64,000 nt of DNA from an uncultured Acidimicrobiia bacterium. GTDB lineage: Bacteria; Actinomycetota; Acidimicrobiia; Acidimicrobiales; AC-14. The stretch covers positions 320,001 through 384,000 of the forward strand of contig CAWIIV010000015.1 of assembly GCA_963836205.1 (NCBI GenBank), written 5' to 3'. The position numbers and the translations under genes were made by a program. Position 1 is the first letter of the stretch. Each line of letters opens with the position of its first letter. This document shows positions 20,594-33,019 of the stretch, one piece after another. Under the pieces are notes generated by a model. That model saw only the letters and a program-made list of their open reading frames with translations. It was not told the origin of the DNA and searched no databases.

Positions 20594-21843
20594 GTGGCAG
20601 ACGAGACAGTTGTGGCTGAACTCGAGGGCGAGATTGCCCAGGTGTGTGGGGTAATGAACGCGGCCGCGGGGCGGCTCATCGACCTCATCGCCCGGGTGTT
20701 GGCGACCGGAGCCTGGGAGGGCGCCGGCATTCGCTCGGCCGAGCAGTGGGTCGCTTGGAAGTGCGGCGTCTCACCGGCGCGGGCTCGGACCATCGTGGCC
20801 ATGGCCCGTCGCCTGGGTGAGTTCCCTGAGACCAAGGCGGCCATGGAGGCGGGCGAGCTGTGCGAGGACCAGGTGGCCGTCATCTGCCGCCACGCCCCCG
20901 CAGGCATCGACGCCCAAGCCGCCGAGTTGGCCCGGTCCGCGACCGTGGTGCAACTGCGCCGGGTGTTGGGCAGCTACGTGTTCGAGGCGGGCGAGCAGGC
21001 CGATACATCGGCGGCCGACGAGCCCGAACCGCCCCGTCGGACGAACTTCGGGCACGACGACGAGGGCTCTTGGACCCTATCGGCCCAGCTCAGCGCCGAC
21101 GAAGGCGCCCTGGTGGAGCGGGCGCTGGCCGCCGCTCGCGACGAGTTGTTCCGGGCGAAGGAGAGCGACCGTCCCACCCCGGCCGACGTGAGTTGGGCCG
21201 ACGCCCTGGTGGCGATGGCCGAGCGGTCGCTGGCCCCGGGCGCCGAGTGCCGGCCCCACCACGACCGGCATCTGGTGGTCCTCCACGTCGACACCGATCC
21301 CACCGACGCCACCAGTGGCCACCTTCCCTTCACCTCGGCCCCGGCCTCAGCGAAGGCCTGCGGCGGTTCGTCGGGTGCGATGCCCGGATCCGGCCGGTCA
21401 TCGAGGCGGGTGGTCGGCCGGTGAGCGTCGGGCGGGCCTTCCGCACCGTGCCCGATCGCACCCGCATGGTGATCGAAGAGCGCGACCGAGGCTGCCGAGT
21501 TCCCGGTTGCCACCACAGCCGGTGGTTGCACATCCACCACATCCAACATTGGGAGGACGGCGGCACGTCCGATACAGCCAATTTGCTCGCTCTCTGTCAA
21601 CGACATCATCGCCTCCATCACTTGGGCCATCTCGGCATCAGTGGCAACGCCGACGACCTCGACGGCGTGGTGTTCACCGACGAGCGCGGCCGGCGCCTCG
21701 ATCCCGCCGGCCGCCCCGCCCCACCCGGCCGCGCCCCGCAGGAGGCCGCGCTCCACCTCGGCCTTCCCACCGGAGGATGGTCGCACCCCACAGGCGAGCG
21801 GCTCGACCCGTCCTGGGTGTGCTTTGACGAACTGGCCGGCTAG
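20594..21843 (+). pseudogene. DUF222-HNH endonuclease protein, frameshifted near 21325
   Basis: WVAWKCG N-domain; RDRGCRVPGC...HIHHIQHWEDGG...NLLALCQRHH in another frame; ccttc duplication at the junction. Confidence 0.85.
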
Positions 21844-22054
21844 GCCGCGCCTGATAGACGGGAAGCCGCCGGGCCTGATGTCGCGGAACTTAGAGCTCAT
21901 CTGGCGCCGATCGAGCACGACAGCGGGGACCCACCGGGCCGGCGGTCCCGGCCGACAGTCCGGACCACCGGCGCCGCCGGAGCTCGGCTCATGGACCTAC
22001 CCTCGCGCCTTCGACGAGAAGGCCGGGTCAGTGCCGCCGGTAGCGTCGTGGCCG

Positions 22055-22993
22055 GTGATCACGGCCAGGGTCTACGAGGACGGTGCGTTCAAGGAGATCC
22101 CGAGCGGTGAGGTGTCCGACATGCTCGGTGTCGACGGGCGGATCCTGTGGGTCGACGTGGTGGAGCCCACGGAGGACGACCTGACGTGCGTGCAGGACGA
22201 GTTCTCGCTCCACCCGCTGGCCATGGAGGACATCCGGGAGCGCCACCAGCGGCCCAAGATCGAGACGTACCCCACCCACTCCTTCCTCGTCGCCTATACC
22301 CGCGACCGGAAGGAGATCGAGATGTTCGTGGGCGCGAATTGGCTGGTCACGGTGGGTCCGGAGGGATACTCGACGGCCAGCGTGCGGACCCGGTTCGAGC
22401 GGGTCCACGTGGCCACGCCGACCGTGGGCTACCTCGTCTACGTCCTCCTCGACGAGATCGTCGACGGCTACTTCACCACCACCGACGAGATCGAGGACAT
22501 TCTCGAGGACCTCGAGGAGCGCATCTTCAGCGAGGTGATTCCGGCCGAGGAAGACGTCCAGTCCGACCTGTTCGCCGTCCGCCGCCGCCTGCTCGAGTTC
22601 CGTCGGGTGATCGTCCCCCTCCGCGACGTCGTCCAGGTGCTCCTCCGGAGGGAGGCCGACTGGGTCGACGATGTCACCGCCACCCACCTCCAGGACGTCT
22701 ACGACCACATCCTGCGGGCGGTCGACGTGGTCGACAGCCAGCGCGAGCTCATGGGCAACGCCGTCGACGCCCACCTCGCCATCATCTCCAACCGGGTCAA
22801 CGACGTCATGAAGCAGATGACCGCCTGGGGCGCCATCCTCCTCGGTTCGACCCTGGTGGCGGCGGTCTACGGGATGAACTTCGACCACATGCCCGAGCTG
22901 CACTGGCGCCTCGGCTACGCCTGGGCGATCGGACTCATGGTGGCGATCACGATCGTCGGCTACCGCTTCTTCAGGAAGCGGGGTTGGCTCTAA
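22055..22993 (+). CDS. corA: CorA Mg/Co transporter
   Basis: LHPLAMED, QRPK, YGMNF, MPEL, two C-terminal TM helices. Confidence 0.93.
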   Translation: MITARVYEDGAFKEIPSGEVSDMLGVDGRILWVDVVEPTEDDLTCVQDEFSLHPLAMEDIRERHQRPKIETYPTHSFLVAYTRDRKEIEMFVGANWLVTVGPEGYSTASVRTRFERVHVATPTVGYLVYVLLDEIVDGYFTTTDEIEDILEDLEERIFSEVIPAEEDVQSDLFAVRRRLLEFRRVIVPLRDVVQVLLRREADWVDDVTATHLQDVYDHILRAVDVVDSQRELMGNAVDAHLAIISNRVNDVMKQMTAWGAILLGSTLVAAVYGMNFDHMPELHWRLGYAWAIGLMVAITIVGYRFFRKRGWL

Positions 22994-23073
22994 GGCCACC
23001 CGAAGAGACCACGTTAGGCACGCTTGACTCTCCGACCGCCGATGGGTGAACATCGTCGCGACCCGAGGAGGAC

Positions 23074-23583
23074 GTGGTGCGTGCGAGTCGAGTAGTGGCA
23101 ATGGGCCTGGCCGTGGTGTTCACCCTGGGCCTGTCGGCCTGTGGCGACAGCGACACCGACGACGGGGTGGCCGGGGACTCGAGCACCGAGGCGGCGCCCT
23201 GCGAACCGGTGGGGGCCGACCTCAAGGCGAGCGCAGTCAAGACCGTCGCCCTGGAGCTGAAGGAGTCCTCGTTCACGCCCTCGACGGTCGACGTCGCCGC
23301 CGGGATCGTGACCTTCGCCGCCTCCAACACCGGCACCCTGAACCACGAGGTGGCCTTCCTCCCCGGCGGTGGCGACGTGCCCCTCACCACTGCGGGAACG
23401 CCGGACGAGGACGCCCTCGCCGCGGCCGGGGCCTTCGAGCTGGAGGCGTTCGGTCCCGGGCTCGACTGCGAGGCGACCTACGACCTGAAGCCGGGCACCT
23501 ACACCCTGTTCTGCATCGTCACCGACGCCGACGGCCTCACCCACTACCAGAAGGGCATGCGGGGCCGGCTGACCGTCGCCTGA
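23074..23583 (+). CDS. Cupredoxin-domain lipoprotein
   Basis: LSAC lipobox; type-1 copper ligands NH...C...HYQKGM. Confidence 0.8.
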   Translation: MVRASRVVAMGLAVVFTLGLSACGDSDTDDGVAGDSSTEAAPCEPVGADLKASAVKTVALELKESSFTPSTVDVAAGIVTFAASNTGTLNHEVAFLPGGGDVPLTTAGTPDEDALAAAGAFELEAFGPGLDCEATYDLKPGTYTLFCIVTDADGLTHYQKGMRGRLTVA

Positions 23584-23587
23584 CCCC

Positions 23588-24826
23588 CTACCAGCCGTTG
23601 GCGGACGCGGTGGGGACGAGCTCGTCCTCCCCCGTGTCGTCGTCGGAGATCAGGACGTAGCCGCACAGGGCCGCCAGCCGGGTGTGGCCCTCGTCGGGGC
23701 CGGTGGCGATGAGCTCGTCCTCCGGCTCGAGCACCACCCCGGCCCGGGGCCGGTAGATGTAGCGCCCGCCCCGGCGGATGGCCAGCAGGTAGAAGCCGGT
23801 CTCCGTCTCCAGGCACAGCTCCTTGAGGCTGTGGCCGTCGGCCTCGGACCCGGCCGCCACCGGCACCCGCACCGCCACCTCCTCGGCGTCGCCCAGGGCC
23901 AGGGCCAGGATGGGGTGCAGCTCCTCCCCCTCCTGGATCAGCCACACCATCTGCTGGGCGGCGTCGCCGATCTCCTCCGCGGCCTGGGCCAGGCGCATCA
24001 GGCCCCGCAGCCCCGACGGGTCGACCCGTTCCTGGGCCGCCCGCAGCACCCACAGCTCCAGCCGCTCCATCATCTCGTCGAGCCGGTCCTCCAGGCTGTT
24101 GACCTCCGCCGCCAGCCCCTGGTCACGCAGGACGAGGGCCGAATAGGCCAACCCCACCGCCACCTCGGAGATGTTCTTCATCTCCACCAGCACGTCGATG
24201 GCCCGGTCGAGGTCGGACACCACCACCTCCTCGGGCGCCTGGGGCGGCTCCCACGCCGGCGCCCCGGCCAGTTCCCGCAGCTCGGCGATCCCGGCCGCCG
24301 CCCCCTGCAGGAACAGCACGTCGCCCGGCAGCAGCACCATGTCGCCCTCGATCTCGGTGTTCCACTCCCGGCCCCGGCGCAGGGCTACTACCCGCATGCC
24401 GACCTCGACCGGCAGCTCCAGGTCGGCGAGAGCGTGGTGGGCCATGGCCGAGCTCTCGCGGACCCGGACCCGGTGGGAGATCTCCTCCGCCTGTGACAGG
24501 TCGGCCACCAGGGCCCGGGGAATGCCCAGACGGCGGGTGACGATGCGGGCGATGTCGACGGCGGCGTTGCCCAGCCGCTCGATGGCGCTGACCACCTGGA
24601 GCACCGATGCCATGGCGTCGGCGTCGCGGGGCGAGCGGGCGGCGAGGACGCAGATGGCCCGCATCTCGTGGATCAGGTCGGAGAGCTGGTTCTCCAGCTC
24701 GTCGACCTCCTCCGCCATGGCCGTGTCGCCGAAGTACACCGCGGCATAGCCCAGGTCGATCATCAGCTCGGAGGTGTCCTTCGCCTCCGAGAGCATGGTC
24801 TTCAGATTTCGGGGTCGTTCGTCCAT
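23588..24826 (-). CDS. Tandem PhoU/TrkA-C (RCK_C) domain protein
   Basis: Duplicated MK.xSE..V.LAY PhoU-like and xAIRRG TrkA-C modules. Confidence 0.8.
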   Translation of the reverse strand: MDERPRNLKTMLSEAKDTSELMIDLGYAAVYFGDTAMAEEVDELENQLSDLIHEMRAICVLAARSPRDADAMASVLQVVSAIERLGNAAVDIARIVTRRLGIPRALVADLSQAEEISHRVRVRESSAMAHHALADLELPVEVGMRVVALRRGREWNTEIEGDMVLLPGDVLFLQGAAAGIAELRELAGAPAWEPPQAPEEVVVSDLDRAIDVLVEMKNISEVAVGLAYSALVLRDQGLAAEVNSLEDRLDEMMERLELWVLRAAQERVDPSGLRGLMRLAQAAEEIGDAAQQMVWLIQEGEELHPILALALGDAEEVAVRVPVAAGSEADGHSLKELCLETETGFYLLAIRRGGRYIYRPRAGVVLEPEDELIATGPDEGHTRLAALCGYVLISDDDTGEDELVPTASANGW

Positions 24827-24845
24827 GAAGGGCTGCTCTCCGAGC

Positions 24846-26160
24846 CTAGGCCACACCGAGTGCGACGATGATGAGGATGAGGAACAGGGCGCCGGCGAAG
24901 TCGACCGACGACGTGACCAGGGGGATGCCGTAGGTGTCGGGGTCTACCCCGAAGCGGACGGCGGCAATGGTGCCGTAGTAGGCCACCGCCACCACGAAGG
25001 CCACCGCCAGGAAGCCACCGAGCAGGGACGCGCGCCACCATCTGGGCCAGCCCGGGGCTGGCCTGGCCCAGGGCCCGGCCCACGTAATGGGCGCCGACGC
25101 CGTTGAACAGGTACACCGGCAGTCCCAGGAGGAGCATGAGGGCGCCGTCGAGGCGGGCGTCGCGGTTGGGGATAGGCGCGGCGGCCATGAGGCCCAGATG
25201 GAGCTTGGTCGACAACCGGCTCGACAGGATGCCGCCCAGCGCCCCCGCGCTGCTGATGAAGGCGGGGAAGAGGATGAACAGGGCGGGGTAGGTGGCGAAC
25301 GTCTCGATGCGCTTCTCGATGGTGATGCCGGCCATGGTGCTGAGGCAGGCCGCGGCCAGCAGGATCGGGGTGGACTCCCGCACCACCCGGCGCAGGACCT
25401 CCTTCCCCGAGCGCCAGGCGAGCACGAACCCGGCCACGCTCACCGCCGCCACCAGGGCGCCTATGCCCTCCGACGCGTTCGGCAGATCGATCACCACCAG
25501 GCTCGCGACCCACAGGGCGGGCAGGGTGAGCACGTCGCCGAGGGTGGAGACGAGGGGGGCGGTGAGGTTGTCGAGGTCCCACCCGTACCGGACCGACCCC
25601 GCGGCCAGGGCGATGGTGGCCAGCAGCACCACCAGCGACCCGAGTAGGCCGCCGACGATCGAGATCAGGGCCAGGTCGAGGACGGAGATGGTGTTGGCCA
25701 CGCCCAGGGCCACGCTGACCAGCTTGGCCACCAGGGCCAGCGCGAAGGACAGGACGAGGGTGAGGACCAGGGACGCGGTGATGTTCTGGCCCACGAGCGT
25801 CTGCGGCCGGAGCGAGAGGCGGAAGGTGCCCAGGTGGATCGCGGTGCTCAGCCGGTTGCCGAGCGACGAGAACACGTTGCCCCGCAGGCCGATGGCGGCG
25901 GGGACGAGGACGAGGAGCCCGGGGAGGCGCTCGAAGGTGCCGGTGATCGAGCCGAGGACCGCCCCCGCCACCAGGCTGGTGGTGCTGTTCAGGCAGAGGG
26001 AGACCAGGCTCTGGCGGGCGCCGTCGGTGCTCGGTCCGAGGAGGGCGAGCAGCCGGCGGGAGAGATCGATGGGCCGGACGACCTTCCGGGCCTGGCGGAT
26101 GGGCACCGCCACGGTGGTGCCGACCTTGGCGCCGACGCGGGTGATCGCCTGCCGGGGCAA
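24846..26160 (-). CDS. MgtE-type (SLC41-like) divalent cation transporter, frameshift near 25030
   Basis: LVPAAIGLRGN, DLDN..APLVSTLGD; C-terminal GVDPDTYGIPLVTSSVD lies in another frame. Confidence 0.8.
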
Positions 26161-26612
26161 CGGGCGGGACGCGGTTCGATCCGCGGTCGACGGGCGGCCC
26201 GACGACCGCGGTCGGCGCCGCGGTGGTGGCGCGGCGGGCCGTTGCGGTCACGGGGCCGGCCGTCGTCGACCGGGCCGTCGGCCGGCGAGGCCGCGCCCGT
26301 GCGGCCGTCCGGCGCCTGGGCGTCGGGCGCGTCCCGGCCCGAGCGGCGGGTCTTCGGGCGCCTAGGGCCGGTAGGTCCCGGGACGGAGGACGCGCCCGAC
26401 CCGGCGCCCGTGCGGCGTGCGTGGCGTGCCATGACTCGGCGGGTCCGCCATCGGGTCCTCCACCCTCGTCGACCTCCGGGATTCTACCGGCGCGCCCGTC
26501 CGGCAGCCGCCACCTTCTCCAGCTGCGGTTACCGCGGCCACTCCTGGGGCATCCTTCCCCGGCGGGGCGCCATCCGGTCGTCCGACGTACGCCTGGCCCA
26601 AAAAGGGGAAAC

Positions 26613-26768
26613 ATGCGCAGGATGATCGCGGCGATGCTGGCAGGCTCGATTCTGGTGTTCGGCGCGGCGGCCTGCGACGACAACTCCAATGCCGGCGACA
26701 AGATCGACGAGGACGACACCAACCTCGGTCCGGGCGACGGCGAGGACGAGGTCGGACCCGGCCGGTAG
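26613..26768 (+). CDS. Small acidic lipoprotein
   Basis: MRRMIAAMLAGSILVFGAAAC followed by an Asp-rich tail; AGGGG RBS-like site. Confidence 0.65.
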   Translation: MRRMIAAMLAGSILVFGAAACDDNSNAGDKIDEDDTNLGPGDGEDEVGPGR

Positions 26769-26781
26769 CCGACCGACGGGC

Positions 26782-27189
26782 TCAGCCGGAGCGGTCGGGG
26801 CCGGCTCGCTCGATCTCCACCCGGATCACCAGGCGGCGCTCGCGCTCCATGGCCGCCCGGTAGTCGTCCCAGTCGGGATGCTCGCCGGCCGCCTGGCGGT
26901 AGTAGTCGATCAGGGGCTCCATGGCGTCGGGCAGCGACAGCACGGTCGCCGTGCCGTCCACCTGCACCCACTCCCACGAGTTGGCCTTGGTGACCAGCAC
27001 CGACACCCGGGGATCACGCCGGAGGTTCTTCACCTTGTAGGCGGTCTCCCGGCTGCTGATGGCCACCCGACCCTCGTCGTCGACGGTGGCGCCGACGGGT
27101 GACATCTGGGGGCGGCCGTCGGCCCGGAAGGTGCAGAGCACCGCACTGTGGTTCTGGCGGATGAACTCCCGCGCCTTCTCAACGTCCAT
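26782..27189 (-). CDS. PPOX-class F420-dependent oxidoreductase
   Basis: DGRPQMSPV, KVKNLRRDPRVS, GEHPDWDDYRAAM. Confidence 0.9.
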   Translation of the reverse strand: MDVEKAREFIRQNHSAVLCTFRADGRPQMSPVGATVDDEGRVAISSRETAYKVKNLRRDPRVSVLVTKANSWEWVQVDGTATVLSLPDAMEPLIDYYRQAAGEHPDWDDYRAAMERERRLVIRVEIERAGPDRSG

Positions 27190-27207
27190 GGTCGATGTCC
27201 ATCGTGG

Positions 27208-28089
27208 TCAGCCTTTCACCGGGCGGTTGCGGGCCCGGGCGGTGACGGCGGAGTAGTCGTAGGGGCCCAGGCCCTCGGCGTCGGACAGCTCGAACCAGGC
27301 CCGGGCGGCCATGGCCAGGGGCAGCTGGAGGCCCGCGTTCTGGGCCGTCCCGGTGACCAGGCGCAGATCCTTGGCCGCCAGGGCCAGCTTGAAGTTGGGC
27401 GGGAAGCGGCCCGACTCGATGTTGTCGCGCTTGCTCCGGACGGTGACCCCGATGGGCGACTCGGCCAGGATGTCGAGCACCGTCGACTGGTCGAGGGCGA
27501 AGGCGTCGGCCAGGGTGAGGGCCTCGGCCAGGCCCGACATGAGCGCCCCCAGGACGGAGTTGGTGACCAGCTTCATGGCCGCCCCCGACCCCGGCGGGCC
27601 CATGTGGATGGGGCGGCCGAGCGCCTCCAGCAACGGCGCCCACTCCTCGTACAGCTCCTGCTCCGCGCCCACGAAGATCTTCAGCGTCCCGTCGGTGGCC
27701 TGGGGGATGCTGCCCAGGACGGGGGCGTCGATCACGATGACGCTGTCGGGCAGGCGCTCGGACAGCTCGCGGATCACGTCCGGCCCCACCGTCGACATCT
27801 CGATCACGGTGTGGCCCCGCTCAGCATCGTCGGGCATCCCCTCGGCCAGCCCGCCCGAGCCGAAGACGACCTCCTCCAGCGCCTCCGGGGTGGAGAGCAT
27901 GGTGAACACCACCTCCGCCTGCCGGGCCGCCTCGGCCGGGGTGTCGACCAGGCGGGCGCCCCGTTCCACCAGCGGCCCCGCCTTCTCCGCCGTCCGGTTC
28001 CACACCACGAGGTCGTTGCCGGCGTCGAGCAGGCGGGCGGCCATGGGCAGGCCCATCTGGCCGAGGCCGACGAAGGCGAGGGTTGTCAT
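27208..28089 (-). CDS. 3-hydroxyisobutyrate dehydrogenase family oxidoreductase
   Basis: GLGQMG, WNRT, DAPVLG, KLVTN, KDL. Confidence 0.9.
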   Translation of the reverse strand: MTTLAFVGLGQMGLPMAARLLDAGNDLVVWNRTAEKAGPLVERGARLVDTPAEAARQAEVVFTMLSTPEALEEVVFGSGGLAEGMPDDAERGHTVIEMSTVGPDVIRELSERLPDSVIVIDAPVLGSIPQATDGTLKIFVGAEQELYEEWAPLLEALGRPIHMGPPGSGAAMKLVTNSVLGALMSGLAEALTLADAFALDQSTVLDILAESPIGVTVRSKRDNIESGRFPPNFKLALAAKDLRLVTGTAQNAGLQLPLAMAARAWFELSDAEGLGPYDYSAVTARARNRPVKG

Positions 28090-28118
28090 CCCCCCGTTCT
28101 ACTCCCCGGCAACGGAGG

Positions 28119-30461
28119 TCAGATTCGGGACAGCTCCACCAGCACCGCCCGCTCGACCTCCCGGGCGTGGTCGCCGTCGGCGACCTTGGCCCCGTGGGCG
28201 TCGGCCACGTAGAAGCTGTCGACCACCTCGTGGCCGAGGGTGGCCACCTTGGCCTGGCGGATGTCGAGGTGGAGGTCGGCGAGGGCCCGGGTGATGCGGT
28301 AGAGGGTGCCCAGGCGGTCGGGCGCCCGCACCTCCACGACGGTGGCCGTGGCCGACGCCCGGTTGTCGACGGTGACCGACGTGCGGGCGGGCACGGCCGA
28401 CATCGAGCCCGGGGAGCGGGGGCGATCGGCGTAGCGGCGGGCCCGGTCGGCCACCCCCGCCTCCAGCGACAGCCGGCCCTCCAGCACCCGGCGCAGGTCG
28501 GCCTCCACGTCGGCCCAGTCGGGCAGGCGGTCGAACACGGGCTGCACGTGGAACTCCTCCAGGGCCAAGCCGTCGTCGCCGGCCCACGCCCGGGCACTGA
28601 GCACGTCGAGGCCGTGCAGGGTGAGGGTGCCGGCCACCTTGGCGAACAGGCCGGGCCGGTCGTGGGCCGCGATCGTCACGTGGGAGCCGTCGCCCCGGAC
28701 GACGACCTCGCCCGCATCCCGGGCCTGGGTGGCCAGGTCGAGGTGGTCGGCGGAGGGGAACGTGCTCTGCCGCTCCCGCCGTTGGCCGCCGGTGAGGGTG
28801 GCCACCGCGTGGGCGGCCAGGTCGGCCACCAGGCCCGCCTTCCACGGGCTCCAGGCGGCGGGGCCGGTGGCGAGGGAGTCGGCCTCGGTGAGGGCGTGGA
28901 GCAGTTCGACCGTGCCCGGGTCGCCGAGGGCGGTGGCCACCGTGGCCGCGGTGGCCGGGTCCTCCACGTCGCGCCGGGTGGCGAGGTCGGCCAGCAGCAG
29001 GTGGTGGCGGACGAGGGCGAGCAGCACGGCCACGTCGTCCGGGGGAAAGCCCATGCGGGTCGCCACCCGGCCGACGACCTCCACCCCGGTGAGGCTGTGG
29101 TCGGTGCCCAGCTCGGGGACGAAGCCCTTGCCCAGGTCGTGCAGCCAGGTGCCGACCAGGAGGAGGTCGGGACGGGACACCTGCCCGACGAGGAGGGCCG
29201 CCCCCGCCGCCGCCTCGCACAGGTGCCGGTCGACGGTGAAGCGGTGGTAGGCGTTGCGCTGGGGCTTGCAGGACACGCTGGCCCACTCCGGCAGCAGCCG
29301 GGTGAGCAGGCCCTTCTGGTCGAGCGCCTCCAGCACCGGGATGGCGGCCCGCCCCGCGCCGAGCAGCGCCACCAGCGACTGGCGGGCTTCCTCGGGCCAC
29401 GGGTCGCCCGGCCCGGTGGCCTCGTCGACCAGCCGGTTGAGGGCGGCGCGGCTGAGGGCGGTGCCGGCGGTGGCCGCGGCCGCCGCCGCCCGCAGGATCA
29501 GCCCCGGGTCACCGGCCGGGTCGGCCTCGGCCCCCAGCTCCACCCGCCCGTCCCGCAGGACGACGCCCCGCCCGACGGACCGGTCCCTCGCCGCCATGCG
29601 CCCGATCGGGCCCCGCAGCGACGATCGGAGCCGGTCCCAGGTGTCGTCGCTGGTCCAGGCCACGGTGCGGGCGGCGGCCGCCACCCGGGCCATGAGCACG
29701 TCGGCGTCGGCGTCGCCCAGGGCCGCCGCCACCCCGTCCTGGTCCTGCAGCAGCAGGCGGTCGACGGCCTTGCCCGTGCGCCGGTGCAGCTCGATGCGCA
29801 CCGAGAGGAGCACGTCGAAGGCGGCGGCCAGCGCTTCATGGTCGTCGTCGCGGAGGATGCGGCGGGACGCCTCCGCCCACCGCAGGCTGTGGACGTCGCG
29901 CAGGCCGCCCCGCCCGTCCTTCAGGTCGGGCTCGAGCAGGAAGGCGACCTCGCCCGACTTGGCGTGGCGCTTGTCGACCGACTCCCCCAGCACGCCCAGC
30001 CAGCGGGCGGGCTTGCCCCGCCAGGCCGCCACCGCCCGCTCCCGGAGGTCGGTGGCCACGGCCTGGTCGCCGGCGATGAGGCGGCTGTCGAGGAGCGACG
30101 TGGCCGTGTCGAGGTCGTCGTGAGCCAGGGCCAGCGCTTCCTTCACCGACCGGACGCCGTGGCCCACCTTGAGCCCGGCGTCCCACAGGGGGTACCAGAC
30201 CTGGTCGGCCAGCTCCTTGACCTCGGCCAGGTCGCGGTCCTTGCGGGTGTGGACGAGGAGCACGTCGAGGTCGCTGCCGGGACACAGGTCCTCCCGGCCA
30301 TAACCCCCCACCGCGATCAGGGCCACCCCCGCCGCGCCCGTCCCGAACAGCCCGACCAGCCACGAGTCGGCCAGCGCGGTGTAGGCCCGGCAGAAGGCGG
30401 CGCCCTGCACAGAGGAATCCGCCAGGAGCGCGGCGCGCTCCTGGCGGAAGTCCTCGTTCAT
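28119..30461 (-). CDS. glnD: [Protein-PII] uridylyltransferase/adenylyltransferase
   Basis: AVGGYGR...SDLD, EPDLKDGRGGLRD, HRFTVDRH, HDLGK, C-terminal ACT domains. Confidence 0.95.
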   Translation of the reverse strand: MNEDFRQERAALLADSSVQGAAFCRAYTALADSWLVGLFGTGAAGVALIAVGGYGREDLCPGSDLDVLLVHTRKDRDLAEVKELADQVWYPLWDAGLKVGHGVRSVKEALALAHDDLDTATSLLDSRLIAGDQAVATDLRERAVAAWRGKPARWLGVLGESVDKRHAKSGEVAFLLEPDLKDGRGGLRDVHSLRWAEASRRILRDDDHEALAAAFDVLLSVRIELHRRTGKAVDRLLLQDQDGVAAALGDADADVLMARVAAAARTVAWTSDDTWDRLRSSLRGPIGRMAARDRSVGRGVVLRDGRVELGAEADPAGDPGLILRAAAAAATAGTALSRAALNRLVDEATGPGDPWPEEARQSLVALLGAGRAAIPVLEALDQKGLLTRLLPEWASVSCKPQRNAYHRFTVDRHLCEAAAGAALLVGQVSRPDLLLVGTWLHDLGKGFVPELGTDHSLTGVEVVGRVATRMGFPPDDVAVLLALVRHHLLLADLATRRDVEDPATAATVATALGDPGTVELLHALTEADSLATGPAAWSPWKAGLVADLAAHAVATLTGGQRRERQSTFPSADHLDLATQARDAGEVVVRGDGSHVTIAAHDRPGLFAKVAGTLTLHGLDVLSARAWAGDDGLALEEFHVQPVFDRLPDWADVEADLRRVLEGRLSLEAGVADRARRYADRPRSPGSMSAVPARTSVTVDNRASATATVVEVRAPDRLGTLYRITRALADLHLDIRQAKVATLGHEVVDSFYVADAHGAKVADGDHAREVERAVLVELSRI

Positions 30462-30482
30462 GGTTGTGTCGACACAGCCGCC

Positions 30483-32068
<1,586 letters not shown>

Positions 32069-32125
32069 CGTTGTCGATGCCCCTCCCCTGACGCCCCTTG
32101 GTCGGAGGGACCGTATGCAACCAAG

Positions 32126-32163
32126 CTGACACCATCGTTTCTCTCGTGTTAACGGCGTGTTGC
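32126..32163 (-). promoter_or_regulatory. GlnR box upstream of amtB
   Basis: Minus strand GCAAC-N6-TTAAC-N6-GAAAC-N6-GTCAG, matching the GTnAC-N6-GAAAC consensus with 11-bp period. Confidence 0.75.
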
Positions 32164-32209
32164 TTGTTCGGCGGGACTGACGGTGGGCCGCCACTAGCCT
32201 GCCCCGGGG

Positions 32210-33019
32210 ATGACCTCCGACCCTCCTCCCGCGGGCCCGGGGCCCCGGTGGCCGGTGGCGCTCGTCACCGGGGCGTCGAGCGGCATCGGCGCCGCCTTCG
32301 CCCGGAAGCTGGCGGCGGATGGCTCCGACCTGATCGTGGTCGCCCGCCGCCGCGATCGGCTGGAGGCGCTGGCCGCCGAACTGGCGTCGGCCTACGGGGT
32401 GCGGGTGGAGACGTTGGCCGCCGACCTCACCGACGTCGTGGAGCTGGCGGTCGTCGAGGCCCGGCTGGCCGACCCCGAGCGGCCCGTCGACCTGCTGGTG
32501 AACAACGCCGGGGCCGGCGGCCACGGGGCCTACGCGGCGCTGGCCGTCGATGACGTGGAGGGCATGGTCCGCCTCAACCTGCTGGCGCCGGTGCGGCTGA
32601 CGTCGGCCGCGCTGCCGGCGATGGTGGCCCGGGGCTCGGGGGGGATCGTCAACGTGTCGTCGATCTCGGGCGAGCAACCGATTCCCTTCGTGGCCACGTA
32701 CTCGGCCACCAAGGCGTTCCTCACCAGCCTGAGCGAGTCGGTGCACGAGGAGGTGCGGGGCCAGGGGGTCGCGGTGACGGCGGTGCTGCCCGGGTTCACC
32801 CGCAGCGAGTTCCACGACCGGGCCGACATGGGCCGGGCCATCCCCAAGCCCTTCTGGATCACGAGCGAGGAGGTCGCCGCCGCCGGCCTGGCCGCGGTGG
32901 CCCGGGGCCAGGCCATCTGCGTCCCCCGGTTCAGCTACCGGGTGCTGGTGGCCCTGGCCCGGCACGCCCCCCGAGGGCTGGTCCGGCGGGTGGCGGGGAT
33001 GGTCGGCCGGCGCACGTGA
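32210..33019 (+). CDS. Short-chain dehydrogenase/reductase
   Basis: TGASSGIG, NNAG, YSATK. Confidence 0.92.
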   Translation: MTSDPPPAGPGPRWPVALVTGASSGIGAAFARKLAADGSDLIVVARRRDRLEALAAELASAYGVRVETLAADLTDVVELAVVEARLADPERPVDLLVNNAGAGGHGAYAALAVDDVEGMVRLNLLAPVRLTSAALPAMVARGSGGIVNVSSISGEQPIPFVATYSATKAFLTSLSESVHEEVRGQGVAVTAVLPGFTRSEFHDRADMGRAIPKPFWITSEEVAAAGLAAVARGQAICVPRFSYRVLVALARHAPRGLVRRVAGMVGRRT

